Shown here one piece after another: positions 8,158-18,499 of a stretch of 64,000 nt of DNA (the stretch's first letter is position 1; each line of letters begins with the position of its first letter). The position numbers were made by a program, and so were the translations under genes. This DNA is from Myxococcota bacterium (GTDB lineage: Bacteria > Myxococcota_A > Polyangia > Nannocystales > Nannocystaceae). Under the pieces are notes generated by a model that saw only the letters and a program-made list of their open reading frames with translations, was not told the DNA's origin and did no database searches. The stretch lies in NCBI GenBank assembly GCA_039194325.1, contig JBCCWC010000006.1:64001-128000 (forward strand), in the 5' to 3' direction.

Positions 8158-9858
8158 ATGGTGAAGTCAGGTGCATGGAAGTTTTGGGCGGCCGCTGTTC
8201 TGGCCTCGGGCCTGACCGTGCTGGGGGGTTGTGCTAATCGCAGCACCACCGACCGCTATGGCTCGGCGGCTTACCCAGCGCCTCCGCCACGGACGGTGAT
8301 CGCCGAGCCCGGCGCCTACGAAGAGGTCTACGTCCAGCAGGTGGTCCAGCAGCCCGGCGCCGACGGAGTGGTCGGCTACGAGACGCTCTCCGACGGCACT
8401 CAGGTCTCCGTGGTGACCTACGTGCACACGTACCCCGAGGCCATCGAGACCTACCCGCAGGTCTGGTGGTCGGGCCGCTGGTATTACAATGTCAACGGCG
8501 ACTTCGTGTACTATAGCGACGATCTGGGCACCTGGGCCTACTACTACGGCCCGCCCGCTCCGCTGGTCGCGTGCTGGAACGGCTACTACCCCTACTCCCC
8601 GTACTACTGGGGCACGGGCTACTACGGAGCCGGGTGGTACTGGGGTGGCGTAGGCGTCTATGGCTACCACGCCTACGGCCTGCCCGTGGTGCACGAGCAT
8701 CACCACCACCACGAGCACTACGGCCCCAACCAGAGCGGAGGTCGACCGAGCCCGGGCGCTCCCACCAGTGATCCCCACCCCGGCGGTCCGGCGACTCCAT
8801 CGGCGACTCCGGGCAACACCGGCCCCACCCGCACCAAGGTGGCCGACGCCGGTCCCACCCGAACTAAGAAGGTTTCCGACGCCGGCCCCACCCGCACCAG
8901 GCCCGGCACCCAACCCGGCACCCCACCCGGCAAGGAGCCCTCTCGCACCAAGTCCGACGAGGGACCTTCTCGCACCAAGCCCGGCACCAAGCCCGATGAC
9001 CGGCCGTCCCGCGGGGATGCACCCGCTCGTGGCGATGTCCCCGCCCGCACTGACGGACCCTCCCGCACCAAGCCCGGCACCAAGCCCGGTGCTCAGCCAT
9101 CCCGCGGGGATGCACCCGCTCGTGGCGACGTACCCGTTCGCGCCGATGGGCCCTCCCGCACCAAGCCTGGCAGTGATGCCCGCTCCGAGGGCCGGCAGAC
9201 ACCCAGTGGTCCCTCCACCCGCACGCCGGCTCGCGCCCCCAAGCGTAGCCAGTACACCACCGCCGGGGGCCAGCGGGTCACCGTGGTCAACCCGCCCTCG
9301 CGGCCCCGACCCGCTCCCCGAGCAACCGCGCCCTCGCGCGACACCACCTTCCGAGCGCCTCCCCGTCGCACGTCCACTCGCCGCAGCGCCAGCCCCAGCT
9401 GGAGTCAGGTCAACGCCCAACCATCGCGAAGCGCTACGCCGGCCCGAACGAGCGCTCCATCGCGAGCCAACTCCTCGTGGAACAGCACCAGTCGCCCGGC
9501 GCCCAGTCGGTCCTCCTCTCCCGCTCGCGCGCCGAGCCGCGCCACGCCCTCTCGTGCCACGCCGTCTCGCTCGCCGAGCCGCGCCACGCCTTCTCGTGCC
9601 GCGCCGTCCCGCTCGCCGAGCCGCGCCACGCCTTCTCGCGCCCCCAGTCGTACGACGCCCAGCCGCGCTACGCCTTCTCGCGCCCCCAGTCGTACGACGC
9701 CCAGCCGCACCACGCCCTCGCGTTCTCCCAGCCGCGCCACGCCCTCGCGTTCTCCCAGCCGCGCCACGCCCTCGCGTGCACCCAGCCGCTCCACACCGTC
9801 TCGCTCGCCTAGCCGCTCCGCGCCGTCTCGAAGCAAACCCTCACGCAGTCGTCGCTAA
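8158..9858 (+). CDS. Lipoprotein with a Tyr/Trp/Gly-rich domain and a long Pro/Ser/Arg/Thr low-complexity tail
   Basis: GGGAG precedes ATG 8158. Lipobox VLGGC, YYW/GYYG-rich region, His run, then GP(S/T)RTK and (A/T)PSR repeats. Confidence 0.8.
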   Translation: MVKSGAWKFWAAAVLASGLTVLGGCANRSTTDRYGSAAYPAPPPRTVIAEPGAYEEVYVQQVVQQPGADGVVGYETLSDGTQVSVVTYVHTYPEAIETYPQVWWSGRWYYNVNGDFVYYSDDLGTWAYYYGPPAPLVACWNGYYPYSPYYWGTGYYGAGWYWGGVGVYGYHAYGLPVVHEHHHHHEHYGPNQSGGRPSPGAPTSDPHPGGPATPSATPGNTGPTRTKVADAGPTRTKKVSDAGPTRTRPGTQPGTPPGKEPSRTKSDEGPSRTKPGTKPDDRPSRGDAPARGDVPARTDGPSRTKPGTKPGAQPSRGDAPARGDVPVRADGPSRTKPGSDARSEGRQTPSGPSTRTPARAPKRSQYTTAGGQRVTVVNPPSRPRPAPRATAPSRDTTFRAPPRRTSTRRSASPSWSQVNAQPSRSATPARTSAPSRANSSWNSTSRPAPSRSSSPARAPSRATPSRATPSRSPSRATPSRAAPSRSPSRATPSRAPSRTTPSRATPSRAPSRTTPSRTTPSRSPSRATPSRSPSRATPSRAPSRSTPSRSPSRSAPSRSKPSRSRR

Positions 9859-9884
9859 TCGACCGACCGCCGCGACGATCACGC

Positions 9885-9913
9885 GAGAGCCTCGAGTCCA
9901 TCGAGGCTCTTTT
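9885..9913 (+). terminator. Intrinsic terminator
   Basis: AGAGCCTCGA-gtcca-TCGAGGCTCT, a 10-bp stem followed by TTT, about 27 nt after the stop at 9858. Confidence 0.75.
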
Positions 9914-10176
9914 CCAATTGTGCGGGGTGCACCTTGTGCGGGGTGCACCCATGCGAGGCGGCGCGCACGGCGCCGGTTCGCGGATACTGCGCCACTCCGG
10001 TCGTCGAAATGACCCCGGGCCGTCGTTCGTTCGCTCATCCACGACCGCCAGCCGCCCCAATCGGCCCGAACACCCGACCTCGTATACTCCAACCACGCTT
10101 GGTCGCAGGAATATCCATCCCTAGCGCTCGGTCGAACCGAGCACCGACCCCGAGCAACCCCCCCAAGAGGAACTTT

Positions 10177-10773
10177 ATGCGACACTTCCCTACACAGCGA
10201 ACGAATGCCGGCATCGGCGGTGAACTCCGCCAGATCTTCAGCGTGATGGCCGCATTCCTCGCTGTGCTCTGGGCCATCGAGTTCGTCGACGTCAGCGTGT
10301 TCCACGGGGCGTTGGACCGCATGGGGATCCTCCCCCGCACCGGGTCGGGGCTGCTCGGCATCCTGACCGCTCCGTTCCTGCACGGCAGCTGGGAGCACCT
10401 GGTGAGCAACACCGTCGGCCTCATCATCTTGGGTGGCCTGACCCTGGCGGTCGGCCGGCGCGAGTTCTTCGCCGTCACCGCCGCCGGCATCGTGGTCGGT
10501 GGCCTGGGCACCTGGATCTTCGGCCGACCCTCGGTCCACATCGGTGCCAGCGGCGTGGTCTTCGCCTACCTGGGCTACCTGGTCCTCCGCGGCTGGTACG
10601 ACCGCCGCTTCGGCTCCATCGCCTTGGCCACCGTGGTCGGCTGGGCCTACGGCAGCATGGTCTTCGGGATGATCCCCGGCATCACCCCCAGCTACATCTC
10701 CTGGGAAGGCCACTTGTTCGGCTTCATCGGCGGCGTGCTGGCCGCCCGAGCCCTCCACCGACGCAGCCGCTGA
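10177..10773 (+). CDS. Rhomboid family intramembrane serine protease
   Basis: GAGG RBS, APFLH...HLVSN, catalytic HIGASG and ISWEGHLFG. Multiple TM helices. Confidence 0.92.
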   Translation: MRHFPTQRTNAGIGGELRQIFSVMAAFLAVLWAIEFVDVSVFHGALDRMGILPRTGSGLLGILTAPFLHGSWEHLVSNTVGLIILGGLTLAVGRREFFAVTAAGIVVGGLGTWIFGRPSVHIGASGVVFAYLGYLVLRGWYDRRFGSIALATVVGWAYGSMVFGMIPGITPSYISWEGHLFGFIGGVLAARALHRRSR

Positions 10774-10795
10774 GCGGCCCATTGTTCGCCCCCGT

Positions 10796-10827
10796 CAGCG
10801 GGTGCTTGCCAACGCGAGCACCCGCTG
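10796..10827 (+). terminator. Hairpin downstream of the rhomboid gene
   Basis: CAGCGGGTGCT/AGCACCCGCTG, an 11-bp perfect inverted repeat with no strong U tract. Confidence 0.5.
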
Positions 10828-11009
10828 TGCAATTGGGGTGACGTGGTTGGTGCCACCAACGTCGGTCATCAAGATGCCGCCCGGGGGCCATGAGCCCCAT
10901 TAGCGACTCTCCATGGGGGTTCGATCCTCCGATCGACTCTTCCGATCGACTCTATAAACACGATGAGGTGAGCCTGTTATCATCATCGTCTGCACATTCG
11001 CTCTTGGAC

Positions 11010-12383
11010 ATGATGGCTGGCAATACCAAGAACTTGGGCTCCTCGTTGCTCCTGCTGGCGTCCATGGTCGTCGCCTGCAACCCGCCGTTGACCGAGGTCG
11101 ACTCGGATTCCCCCGTGCTGGACACGTTGACCACCGGGGATACGACCTCCACCACCGGTACCGGTTCTGGCTCTGCCCCCGGCCTCGACAGCGGCGACAC
11201 CGGTGATTCCGGGGCCGACACGGACGACACCGGGCCGACGTTCGAGCCGATCTGCGGCGATGGAATCATCGAGGGCGACGAAGAGTGCGACCTCGGCTCA
11301 CAGAACGGCGAGGGCGGGTACTGCACCCTCGCGTGCCTCGCCAACGTCTGCGGTGACGGCTACCTCGGCCCTGGGGAAGCGTGCGATGACGGCAACCAGA
11401 ACAACGGAGATCAGTGCACCACCGATTGCGGCCTGGCAACCTGTGGTGACGGAAGACTTCAGCCCGGCGAGCAGTGCGACGAAGGCGAGAACAACAGCGA
11501 GACCGGCAGTTGCTTGCCGAGCTGCATCTCGGCGTCGTGCGGCGATCTAGCCATTGAGGCGGGGGTCGAGACCTGCGACGGCGTCAACACCGGCGCCGAG
11601 ACCTGCGCCTCGCAGGGCTTCGACCGCGGCGTGCTGGCCTGCTTGAAAAATTGTAGTGATTTCGACACCAGCAACTGTCACCTGTGTGGCAATGACCTCG
11701 TCGAGCCCAACGAGCAGTGCGACGGCAACGAGTTTGACGGCGTTACCTGTGCCGACTATGCACCCGGCGGCACGACCGTCTCCGGTGGCAACCTGACATG
11801 CACCGGCAGCTGTATGATGATCGACAGCAGCGCGTGCACGTTTTGTGGGGATAACATGGCCGATGCCCCCGCAGAGGACTGCGATGGCGCCGATCTCGGC
11901 GCGGTCACCTGTGACGACTTCGCCCCACTCAATACGACCCCCTCGGGCGGAACGCCGGCCTGTAGCCTTACCTGCACCGGGGAGATCGGCACATGCTCCT
12001 ACTGCGGCGATGGAACGGCCGCCGGGACCGAAGAGTGCGACGATCTCGACTTTGCGGGCGCAACGTGTGTGACTGAAGGCTTCGGCAGCGGTGATCTCAG
12101 CTGCACCGCCGACTGCCTCTTCGATCGGTCCACCTGTGTCGATGGATGCGGCAACGGGGTGCAGGAGAACGCTGAGGAATGCGATGGCGACGATTTCGAC
12201 GGAGCAAGCTGTACCGATCTGGGAATCGACTTCGAGGGGAGCTTGATGTGTGATGCCGCCGCGTGCACCATCGATTTCAGTAATTGCTGCATCCCGGTCG
12301 GTGGAGAAAACTGTAGCGACGACGACGACTGCTGCGGCCCCAGCACGTGCGACATGTCGGGAGACCCCAACACCTGCACCTGA
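11010..12383 (+). CDS. Myxobacterial Cys-rich repeat lipoprotein (DUF4215-like)
   Basis: Lipobox MVVAC, Thr/Gly linker, and about 8 CG(D/N)...E.CD repeats. Confidence 0.85.
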   Translation: MMAGNTKNLGSSLLLLASMVVACNPPLTEVDSDSPVLDTLTTGDTTSTTGTGSGSAPGLDSGDTGDSGADTDDTGPTFEPICGDGIIEGDEECDLGSQNGEGGYCTLACLANVCGDGYLGPGEACDDGNQNNGDQCTTDCGLATCGDGRLQPGEQCDEGENNSETGSCLPSCISASCGDLAIEAGVETCDGVNTGAETCASQGFDRGVLACLKNCSDFDTSNCHLCGNDLVEPNEQCDGNEFDGVTCADYAPGGTTVSGGNLTCTGSCMMIDSSACTFCGDNMADAPAEDCDGADLGAVTCDDFAPLNTTPSGGTPACSLTCTGEIGTCSYCGDGTAAGTEECDDLDFAGATCVTEGFGSGDLSCTADCLFDRSTCVDGCGNGVQENAEECDGDDFDGASCTDLGIDFEGSLMCDAAACTIDFSNCCIPVGGENCSDDDDCCGPSTCDMSGDPNTCT

Positions 12384-12409
12384 GCGGCGAGGCTCCCGTC
12401 ATCTTCGGC

Positions 12410-13000
12410 TCACAGCCGACCCTGCACGCCGTAGGCGGCCAGGGCCACCACCTCGCGCAGTGCTCCGTACAAACGCGGCCACCAACGGGGGTTGAGCGTG
12501 CCCACTCCGCGGACCTCGTCGAAGTAGCGCGCGAACACCCGCTCGCCGCGAAGCACGTGATAGGCGTCGGTGACGATCAGCACGCGCCGGCCCTCGATCA
12601 TCTCGGCGGCGAAGCGGGCGTTGAGCTCCGTAGAGGTGGAGCGAGTCTCGAGCACCAGCGCGGAGCGAGGCACCCCGAGTGACTCGGCCAGGGTCGCGGC
12701 CACCTCGGCCTCGGCGACCCCCGCCTCGCCCACGCCGCCGGTGAGCACCAGCCGATCCGCTCGTCCCTCCGTCAATAGCTCGACCGCCACCCGCACCCGG
12801 GTGGCGAGGGCAACGCTGGGCCGCCCGTCGGGAAAGACGCGGCAGCCGAGGACCACGATCGCGTCCCAGCGTCCCTGCTCCGGACGCCGGCTCAGACCGT
12901 AGCGATGCAGGCCCCATGCCCCGATCCCCCAGACGAGCGCCCCCCCGATCACCGTCCATCGCGCGGCTCGGCGCCAGCACCAGCGGAGCATCGGGCGCAT
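12410..13000 (-). CDS. YdcF/DUF218 (SanA/ElyC-like) family protein
   Basis: N-terminal TM helix, DAIVVLG, LTGG, E.RSTST.LNA and VTDAYH..R. Confidence 0.88.
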   Translation of the reverse strand: MRPMLRWCWRRAARWTVIGGALVWGIGAWGLHRYGLSRRPEQGRWDAIVVLGCRVFPDGRPSVALATRVRVAVELLTEGRADRLVLTGGVGEAGVAEAEVAATLAESLGVPRSALVLETRSTSTELNARFAAEMIEGRRVLIVTDAYHVLRGERVFARYFDEVRGVGTLNPRWWPRLYGALREVVALAAYGVQGRL

Positions 13001-13114
13001 GCTACACCGACCCGGCGACGGCAACGGGGCACCTGATCCGGACCGCACGGTGGCACCGGACCCGATCGAGCACGGACACGAACCCTCGCCCCGCGTGGCG
13101 CCGCGATCCTCATC

Positions 13115-13936
13115 ATGCCCGAGGGCGATTCCCTGCACTTCATGGCCGCGTCGATCCGACCGCACCTGGTCGGCCAGCCGATCGAGCGCATGCACCTACG
13201 CGAGCGCGGTGACGTGGCCGTGGTCCGAGGCCACCCGGTCGACCACGTGGAGGTGGTGGGTAAGCACTTGCTGGTGCTGATCGATCGACGATGGACCCTG
13301 CACGTGCACCTGGGCATGAAGGGGCGATGGCACACCTACGAGGCCGGAGCGCAGTGGCGGCGAGCGATGGCCGCGAGCACCGCGACGCTGGTGATGCCCA
13401 CGGTGACGCTGGCGATCTTTCGCTCGGCCCGGCACGAGCTCCGGCCCTACCGCGACATGCGGCTCGAGCAAGAGCTTCGTCGGCTGGGTCCCGACCTGCT
13501 CGCCCCAACGCTCGACGCGACCGCGGTGCTGGCTCGCGCCCGCGCACCCGGCCACCGCGACATGGCGGTGACCGACCTGCTCCTCGACCAGACCGTGGCG
13601 GCGGGGATCGGCAACGTGTACCGCAGCGAAGTACTGTTCGTGACCGGCCTATATCCGTGGATCCGGGTCGAAGCGCTCGATGACTCCACCTTGATAACGT
13701 TGTTCCAGCGCGCGAGAGCGCTCATGCAGACCAATGTGGGCCCTTGGCGCCGGGCCACGGTGGGCGAGCGCCGCGGGGTGCGTCGGCAGCCGGGGCGGCC
13801 GCGGCTGTGGGTCTACCGGCGCGAGGGCCTACCGTGCCTGCGGTGCCAAATGCTCGTTCGTCGCAGTATCGAGGGCCGCCAGGCGCGATCGACCTACTGG
13901 TGCCCACGCTGTCAGCCTGAGCCGACGAAAATTTAA
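13115..13936 (+). CDS. nei: Fpg/Nei family DNA glycosylase/AP lyase (endonuclease VIII-like)
   Basis: N-terminal MPEGD, GKHL, HLGMKG, H2TH LLDQ..AGIGNVY and zinc finger CLRC...CPRCQ. Confidence 0.9.
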   Translation: MPEGDSLHFMAASIRPHLVGQPIERMHLRERGDVAVVRGHPVDHVEVVGKHLLVLIDRRWTLHVHLGMKGRWHTYEAGAQWRRAMAASTATLVMPTVTLAIFRSARHELRPYRDMRLEQELRRLGPDLLAPTLDATAVLARARAPGHRDMAVTDLLLDQTVAAGIGNVYRSEVLFVTGLYPWIRVEALDDSTLITLFQRARALMQTNVGPWRRATVGERRGVRRQPGRPRLWVYRREGLPCLRCQMLVRRSIEGRQARSTYWCPRCQPEPTKI

Positions 13937-14051
13937 GGATCCATGAAAGGTCGGACGATGGTACGGAACGCTTAGGCCCTCGCGGCCCGACGCACGGTGG
14001 TTGCCGGTAACACCTCGGCTACCCCCGCGTACCCAACCTGTCGGAGGAGAC

Positions 14052-15539
14052 ATGAGCACGACCCTGAGCATGTGGCTGGGCATTGCGTTCCTGGCCCTCG
14101 CCATCATCGCCGTTTTGTTGCAGGCATGGTTGTGGGGTCCCAAGTTCTGGGACGACGAAGCCAAGAAGACCCGCGCCCCCAAATTCTGGCTGCGTATGCA
14201 CGCGCTGGCCGGCTACACGTATGGCGTCATCTACGTCTTGATGATGTGGTTCATGCTCCCGCGCCTGTGGGAGTACCAGTACGAGCTGCCCGCGCGCACG
14301 GTGATCCACGCCGTGCTGGGCATCGTGATCGGGGTGCTGCTGATCACCAAGATCGTGATCTTGCTGTTCTTCCGGCACTTCGAGGAGTCGATGCCCAGCT
14401 TCGGCTTCGGGCTGCTGATCTCCACGGTCGCGATGACCATGCTGTCGGTGCCCTACGCGCTGCGCGCCCACGACCTATCGGGGCGGACGACCGACCCGGA
14501 CAACGTGGAACGCGTACGCAAGCTGCTAGCAGAAGTGGAGATGGAACAAGAGATCGCGGTCGAAGATCTCATCACCGAGAAAGCCTTCGATCGCGGGCGT
14601 CAAGTGCTCGTGAAGAAATGCATCACCTGCCACGACATGCGCACGGTGCTCGTCAAGCCGCGCACGGCCAAGGGCTGGTACAAGGTCAACCAGCGCATGC
14701 TGGAGAAGCCGGCGGTGTTCGGCGAGCAGCTCGACCCAGCCGACATCCCCTACGTCACCGCGTACCTGGTGGCGATCACGCCCGATATCCAAAAATCAGC
14801 CCGGGAGAAGCGCGAGCAGAGCCGGGCGGTCATGGCCCGCACCAACGCGATGGTCGATGCGGTTCACAACGCCGACGCGGCCGAGATCAAGGTCGACGAG
14901 GCAGCCGGCGAGAAGCTGCTCCAGGCCAAGTGCATCGACTGTCACGAGATGGACGAGGTCGAAGAACACGGCGGCGACGACCTGATCGGCTGGCGCGGGG
15001 TGGTCGCAGCCATGGTCGAGGAGGGCATGGAGGTCACCGACGAAGAGGCCGACTTGCTGGCCCGGTACCTCACGGTGAAATGGCCGGCCACGAACAAGCC
15101 CATGCCCGCCATTCCCGACACGCCGGATGACGACCGAGCCGACGACGAAGCAGCGGATGACGCCGAAGGCGAGGCCAAGCCGGCCCCCGAGGCCGCCGCT
15201 GGGGCCGCCGCCGGGGATCCCGCCGCCGGGGGCGAGACTGGCGACCAGCCCAAGCCCAAGCCCAAGAAGAAGGCCAAGGCCAAGCCCAAGTTCGACAAGA
15301 AAGCGGGGCGCACGATCTTCATGAAGAAGTGCAAGGCGTGCCACGGGTCCAACGGCAAGGGCGACACTCCCTTCGGACGCAAGGTCCAGGTGCGCTCGCT
15401 GTCGCGGAGCGGCCGCTCCCACAAGAAGATCCGGGCGCTCACCGCCAACGGCGTGCCCGGGACCAAGATGAAGCCGTACCGCGGCAAGCTCAACGACAAG
15501 GAGCTCGACGACGTGGCGGCGTTCGTACGCGCGCTGTAA
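14052..15539 (+). CDS. Membrane-anchored triheme c-type cytochrome
   Basis: GGAGGAG RBS, about 4 N-terminal TM helices, three CxxCH motifs (CITCH, CIDCH, CKACH). C-terminal domain resembles cytochrome c6 (GVPGTKM). Confidence 0.85.
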   Translation: MSTTLSMWLGIAFLALAIIAVLLQAWLWGPKFWDDEAKKTRAPKFWLRMHALAGYTYGVIYVLMMWFMLPRLWEYQYELPARTVIHAVLGIVIGVLLITKIVILLFFRHFEESMPSFGFGLLISTVAMTMLSVPYALRAHDLSGRTTDPDNVERVRKLLAEVEMEQEIAVEDLITEKAFDRGRQVLVKKCITCHDMRTVLVKPRTAKGWYKVNQRMLEKPAVFGEQLDPADIPYVTAYLVAITPDIQKSAREKREQSRAVMARTNAMVDAVHNADAAEIKVDEAAGEKLLQAKCIDCHEMDEVEEHGGDDLIGWRGVVAAMVEEGMEVTDEEADLLARYLTVKWPATNKPMPAIPDTPDDDRADDEAADDAEGEAKPAPEAAAGAAAGDPAAGGETGDQPKPKPKKKAKAKPKFDKKAGRTIFMKKCKACHGSNGKGDTPFGRKVQVRSLSRSGRSHKKIRALTANGVPGTKMKPYRGKLNDKELDDVAAFVRAL

Positions 15540-15671
15540 GGCGCGCGAGTCGAGCAGGCAAGCTCTACGCCGAGGCGCCGGGTCGATCGACCTGGCGCCT
15601 TTGCCATTTAACTCACCAGACTCAGCCGACCGCGGCTCGATGAGGCAACGAGCCGCACGAGCGGTTCAGCG

Positions 15672-16256
15672 TTAGAGCAACCCCACCTCGCGCAAGAGCC
15701 GGCCCACCGCCAAAAGCGGCAGCCCCATGATCCCGGTGTAGTCCTGCCCCTCGATCCGCTCGAAGAGCTTGATGCCCGCGTCTTCGATCCGATAGCTGCC
15801 CGCGCACTCAAGCGGGCGGTGACGACGGACGTAGCGCTCGACCTCGGCCCGCTCAAGCGCGCGCATCGTGAGTCGCTGCTCGTCGATGGTCTCCCGCCAC
15901 TGGTCGCGCTCGGGGTGCAGCAAGACCACGCCGGTGGTCAGGTGATGCGTCTGCCCGGAGAGGGCCATGAGGTGCTCGACGGCCACCTCCTCACGACCGG
16001 GCTTGTCGAGCAGGCGGCGAGGAGGACCGGGGAGCACGGCGACCTGATCGGCGGCGAGGATCCAGCGCTGCGGGAAACGACCGGCCAGGCTCTGCGCCTT
16101 GCCCCGCGCCATCGCCAGCGCAAACTCGGCGTCGGCGAGATCGTCGAAGCGACCGAGCTCGGCGCTCTCGTCGAAGTTGGGGGAGGCAACCTCGAACGGG
16201 ATCTCCAGGCGCGCGAGCAAGGTTCGTCGGGCCGCCGAGGTGGACCCGAGGATCAT
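15672..16256 (-). CDS. maf: Maf family nucleotide pyrophosphatase (YceF-like)
   Basis: ILGSTS.AR, AADQV, DKP, CAGSYRIE and IMGLPL. Start could instead be GTG at 16286. Confidence 0.88.
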   Translation of the reverse strand: MILGSTSAARRTLLARLEIPFEVASPNFDESAELGRFDDLADAEFALAMARGKAQSLAGRFPQRWILAADQVAVLPGPPRRLLDKPGREEVAVEHLMALSGQTHHLTTGVVLLHPERDQWRETIDEQRLTMRALERAEVERYVRRHRPLECAGSYRIEDAGIKLFERIEGQDYTGIMGLPLLAVGRLLREVGLL

Positions 16257-16276
16257 CGGCTCTGGTCTGGGCTTGG

Positions 16277-18499
16277 CTACCGACACTTGGGTAGATCCAG
16301 CATGCGTTCCCAACGCTTGCAGTTCTTCTTGCCGCCGCCCGACTTGCCGCCGCCAGACTTGCTGCCGCCGCCCGACTTGCTGCTGCTACCGCCGCCGGAC
16401 TTTCCGCCGCCGCCACCGGACTTGCTGCCGCTGCCCTTGCTGGGCGGGGGAGGTTCCTCCTCCTCGATGATGAGCTCACCGCCGGTGGCCTCGACGGGCG
16501 CAAGGGCCTCGAGCTGAAGGATCACCTCGGTCCGGCGCGCCTCCAAACCCTCGCACTGCACGGCATCGGCCAGATCAGCCTCGCTGAGATCGTCGCCGAC
16601 CTTGGCCCGAGGAGGCTTGGTGCCGTCGACGTCGCCCAGATATTTGTACTCGGACCAGCCGGCGACCTCCTCGAGAGCCTCGCGGTAGGTGGTGCACGGC
16701 GCCAGAGCGTCGCTGGCTTGCCAAAGATCGATCGCCCGGTGACGCCGCCAGTCGACGAGCGGCTCGTTCTCCTCGAACTTGGACAGCTCCTGCAGGGCCC
16801 GCTGCCGGTCGGCATAGCCCAAGGGCCGGTCGTTGTTGATGAGCTCGAGCAGGAAGGTGTGACCGTAGCGGCCCATCTTGCGTACCGCGAAATCGAGGGC
16901 CTCGGTGCGTAGCTTGGAATCCTCGAGCAGTTGGTTGAGCTCGGCGTAGAAATCGGGGTCGTCGAGCAGGTCGCGGTTCTTCTCGAGCGCCTCGCCGTAG
17001 GAAGAAAGCGCCTTGAGCTTGTTCTGCTTGTTGTTGCGCCGCTTGTAGAAGATCCGACCCTGACGCCACAGCAAGGTAGCGCTGCCCGGGAACTCGTCGA
17101 GCATGGGCCCGAGCACCTTCTCGGCGTCGCTGAGCTTGTCGGAGAAGACGAGACGATCGACCTCGGCCAAGCGAGCGTCGTCGGGACCATCCTCGATGAC
17201 GAGGCTAGGGCCCTCTTCTTGGGCGGGGACGACCTCAGGGCCCTCGTCGTCGTCGGACGAGACGACCGGCGCGGTCCCACCATCACCCGTCTGGGCCGGG
17301 TCATCGCCACCCTGGGCCATCCACGCGACCAGGGCGAGCAAGACCACGGCCGCGCCTCCGATGAGCGGCCATCGGCTCCGGGGAGCCTGGATCGCCCCCG
17401 CCCCCGGCGGCAAGGTGGGCAAGGACGAAGGAGAAAACGAACCCGAGCTCTCCCGACGAGCCGCCATGGCCACGGGACCCGTGCCGGAACCCGCGGCGGC
17501 CACGTGCAGGGAGCTAGAACCGCCCCGACCCACGTGGATCGGCACCGAGCCGCCGTGGCTGAGCACGATGGGCCCGGAGGTGGTCGAGCCCAGGATCGTG
17601 ACCCCGGAGATCACGTCGGAGGACGCCACGGCGGGCAACACCAGCTCGAGCGCCTCGCGAGCCTCGGTGGCCGACTGGTAGCGGTCGTCGCGATCCTTGG
17701 ACAGCAGCTTCATGACGACGTCGGACAAGGCCGGGGCGACGTCGTCGGGCAACGGCGGCGGATCCTTGCTGACCTGCATCCGCACAAGCTTGACGGGATC
17801 GTCGCTCTCGAAGGGCGGAACGCCGTTGAGCATCTCGTAGAGGATCACGCCCACGGCGTAGAGATCGGCGCGAGCGTCGGCCTCCATGCCCATGGCCTGC
17901 TCGGGGCTCATGTAGGCGGGAGTGCCGAAGATCAGGCCCGCCTTGGTCATGCGCGTGTCGTTGGTGCTACCGCCCACCAGCTTGGCAATGCCGAAGTCGA
18001 CGAGCTTGAGCACCTCCCGACCGTCGTGGTCTCGGGTGACGAAGACGTTCTCGGGCTTGATGTCGCGATGGATCACGCCGTGCTCGTGGGCGTGCTCGAG
18101 ACCTCGCAAGATCTGCAAGACCATGAGCACCGCCCGCTCGGCGGGCATGGGCTCGCCCATGCGATCGCCGAGCTCGCCGCCCGACAGCAGATCCATGACC
18201 ATGAACTTGACGCCGTCGTCGGTGCTGCCGACGTCGGTCACCCGTAGACAGTTGGGGTGGTCGAGGCGCGAGGCGGAGTGAGCCTCTCGATCAAAGCGCT
18301 TGGAGATCTCGGGGTCGCGGGTCAGATCCGGGTGCAGGACCTTGATGGCGACGTCGCGCTTGAGACCGAGGTGGTGCCCCCGGAACACCGCACCCATGCC
18401 CCCCACGCCGAGGGCCTCGTCGACCTTGTACCGGTCCACGATGGTCGTGCCCGGCAACTCCCGCAGCGTGGGATGCAGGCTTTCGAGGGCTTCGCTCAT
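16277..18499 (-). CDS. Membrane Ser/Thr protein kinase with an extracytoplasmic TPR-like domain
   Basis: LGVGGMG, VAIK, HRDIKPEN, DFG and GTPAYMSPEQ, followed by a TM helix and a C-terminal Gly/Ser/Lys linker. Confidence 0.93.
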   Translation of the reverse strand: MSEALESLHPTLRELPGTTIVDRYKVDEALGVGGMGAVFRGHHLGLKRDVAIKVLHPDLTRDPEISKRFDREAHSASRLDHPNCLRVTDVGSTDDGVKFMVMDLLSGGELGDRMGEPMPAERAVLMVLQILRGLEHAHEHGVIHRDIKPENVFVTRDHDGREVLKLVDFGIAKLVGGSTNDTRMTKAGLIFGTPAYMSPEQAMGMEADARADLYAVGVILYEMLNGVPPFESDDPVKLVRMQVSKDPPPLPDDVAPALSDVVMKLLSKDRDDRYQSATEAREALELVLPAVASSDVISGVTILGSTTSGPIVLSHGGSVPIHVGRGGSSSLHVAAAGSGTGPVAMAARRESSGSFSPSSLPTLPPGAGAIQAPRSRWPLIGGAAVVLLALVAWMAQGGDDPAQTGDGGTAPVVSSDDDEGPEVVPAQEEGPSLVIEDGPDDARLAEVDRLVFSDKLSDAEKVLGPMLDEFPGSATLLWRQGRIFYKRRNNKQNKLKALSSYGEALEKNRDLLDDPDFYAELNQLLEDSKLRTEALDFAVRKMGRYGHTFLLELINNDRPLGYADRQRALQELSKFEENEPLVDWRRHRAIDLWQASDALAPCTTYREALEEVAGWSEYKYLGDVDGTKPPRAKVGDDLSEADLADAVQCEGLEARRTEVILQLEALAPVEATGGELIIEEEEPPPPSKGSGSKSGGGGGKSGGGSSSKSGGGSKSGGGKSGGGKKNCKRWERMLDLPKCR

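Noticed and set aside
8660..10012. Long alternative-frame and antisense ORFs (also 16931-18247, 31953-33047, 49053-50378, 52667-54217)
   Set aside because: Shadow ORFs expected in high-GC DNA, lying over genes with clear motifs.
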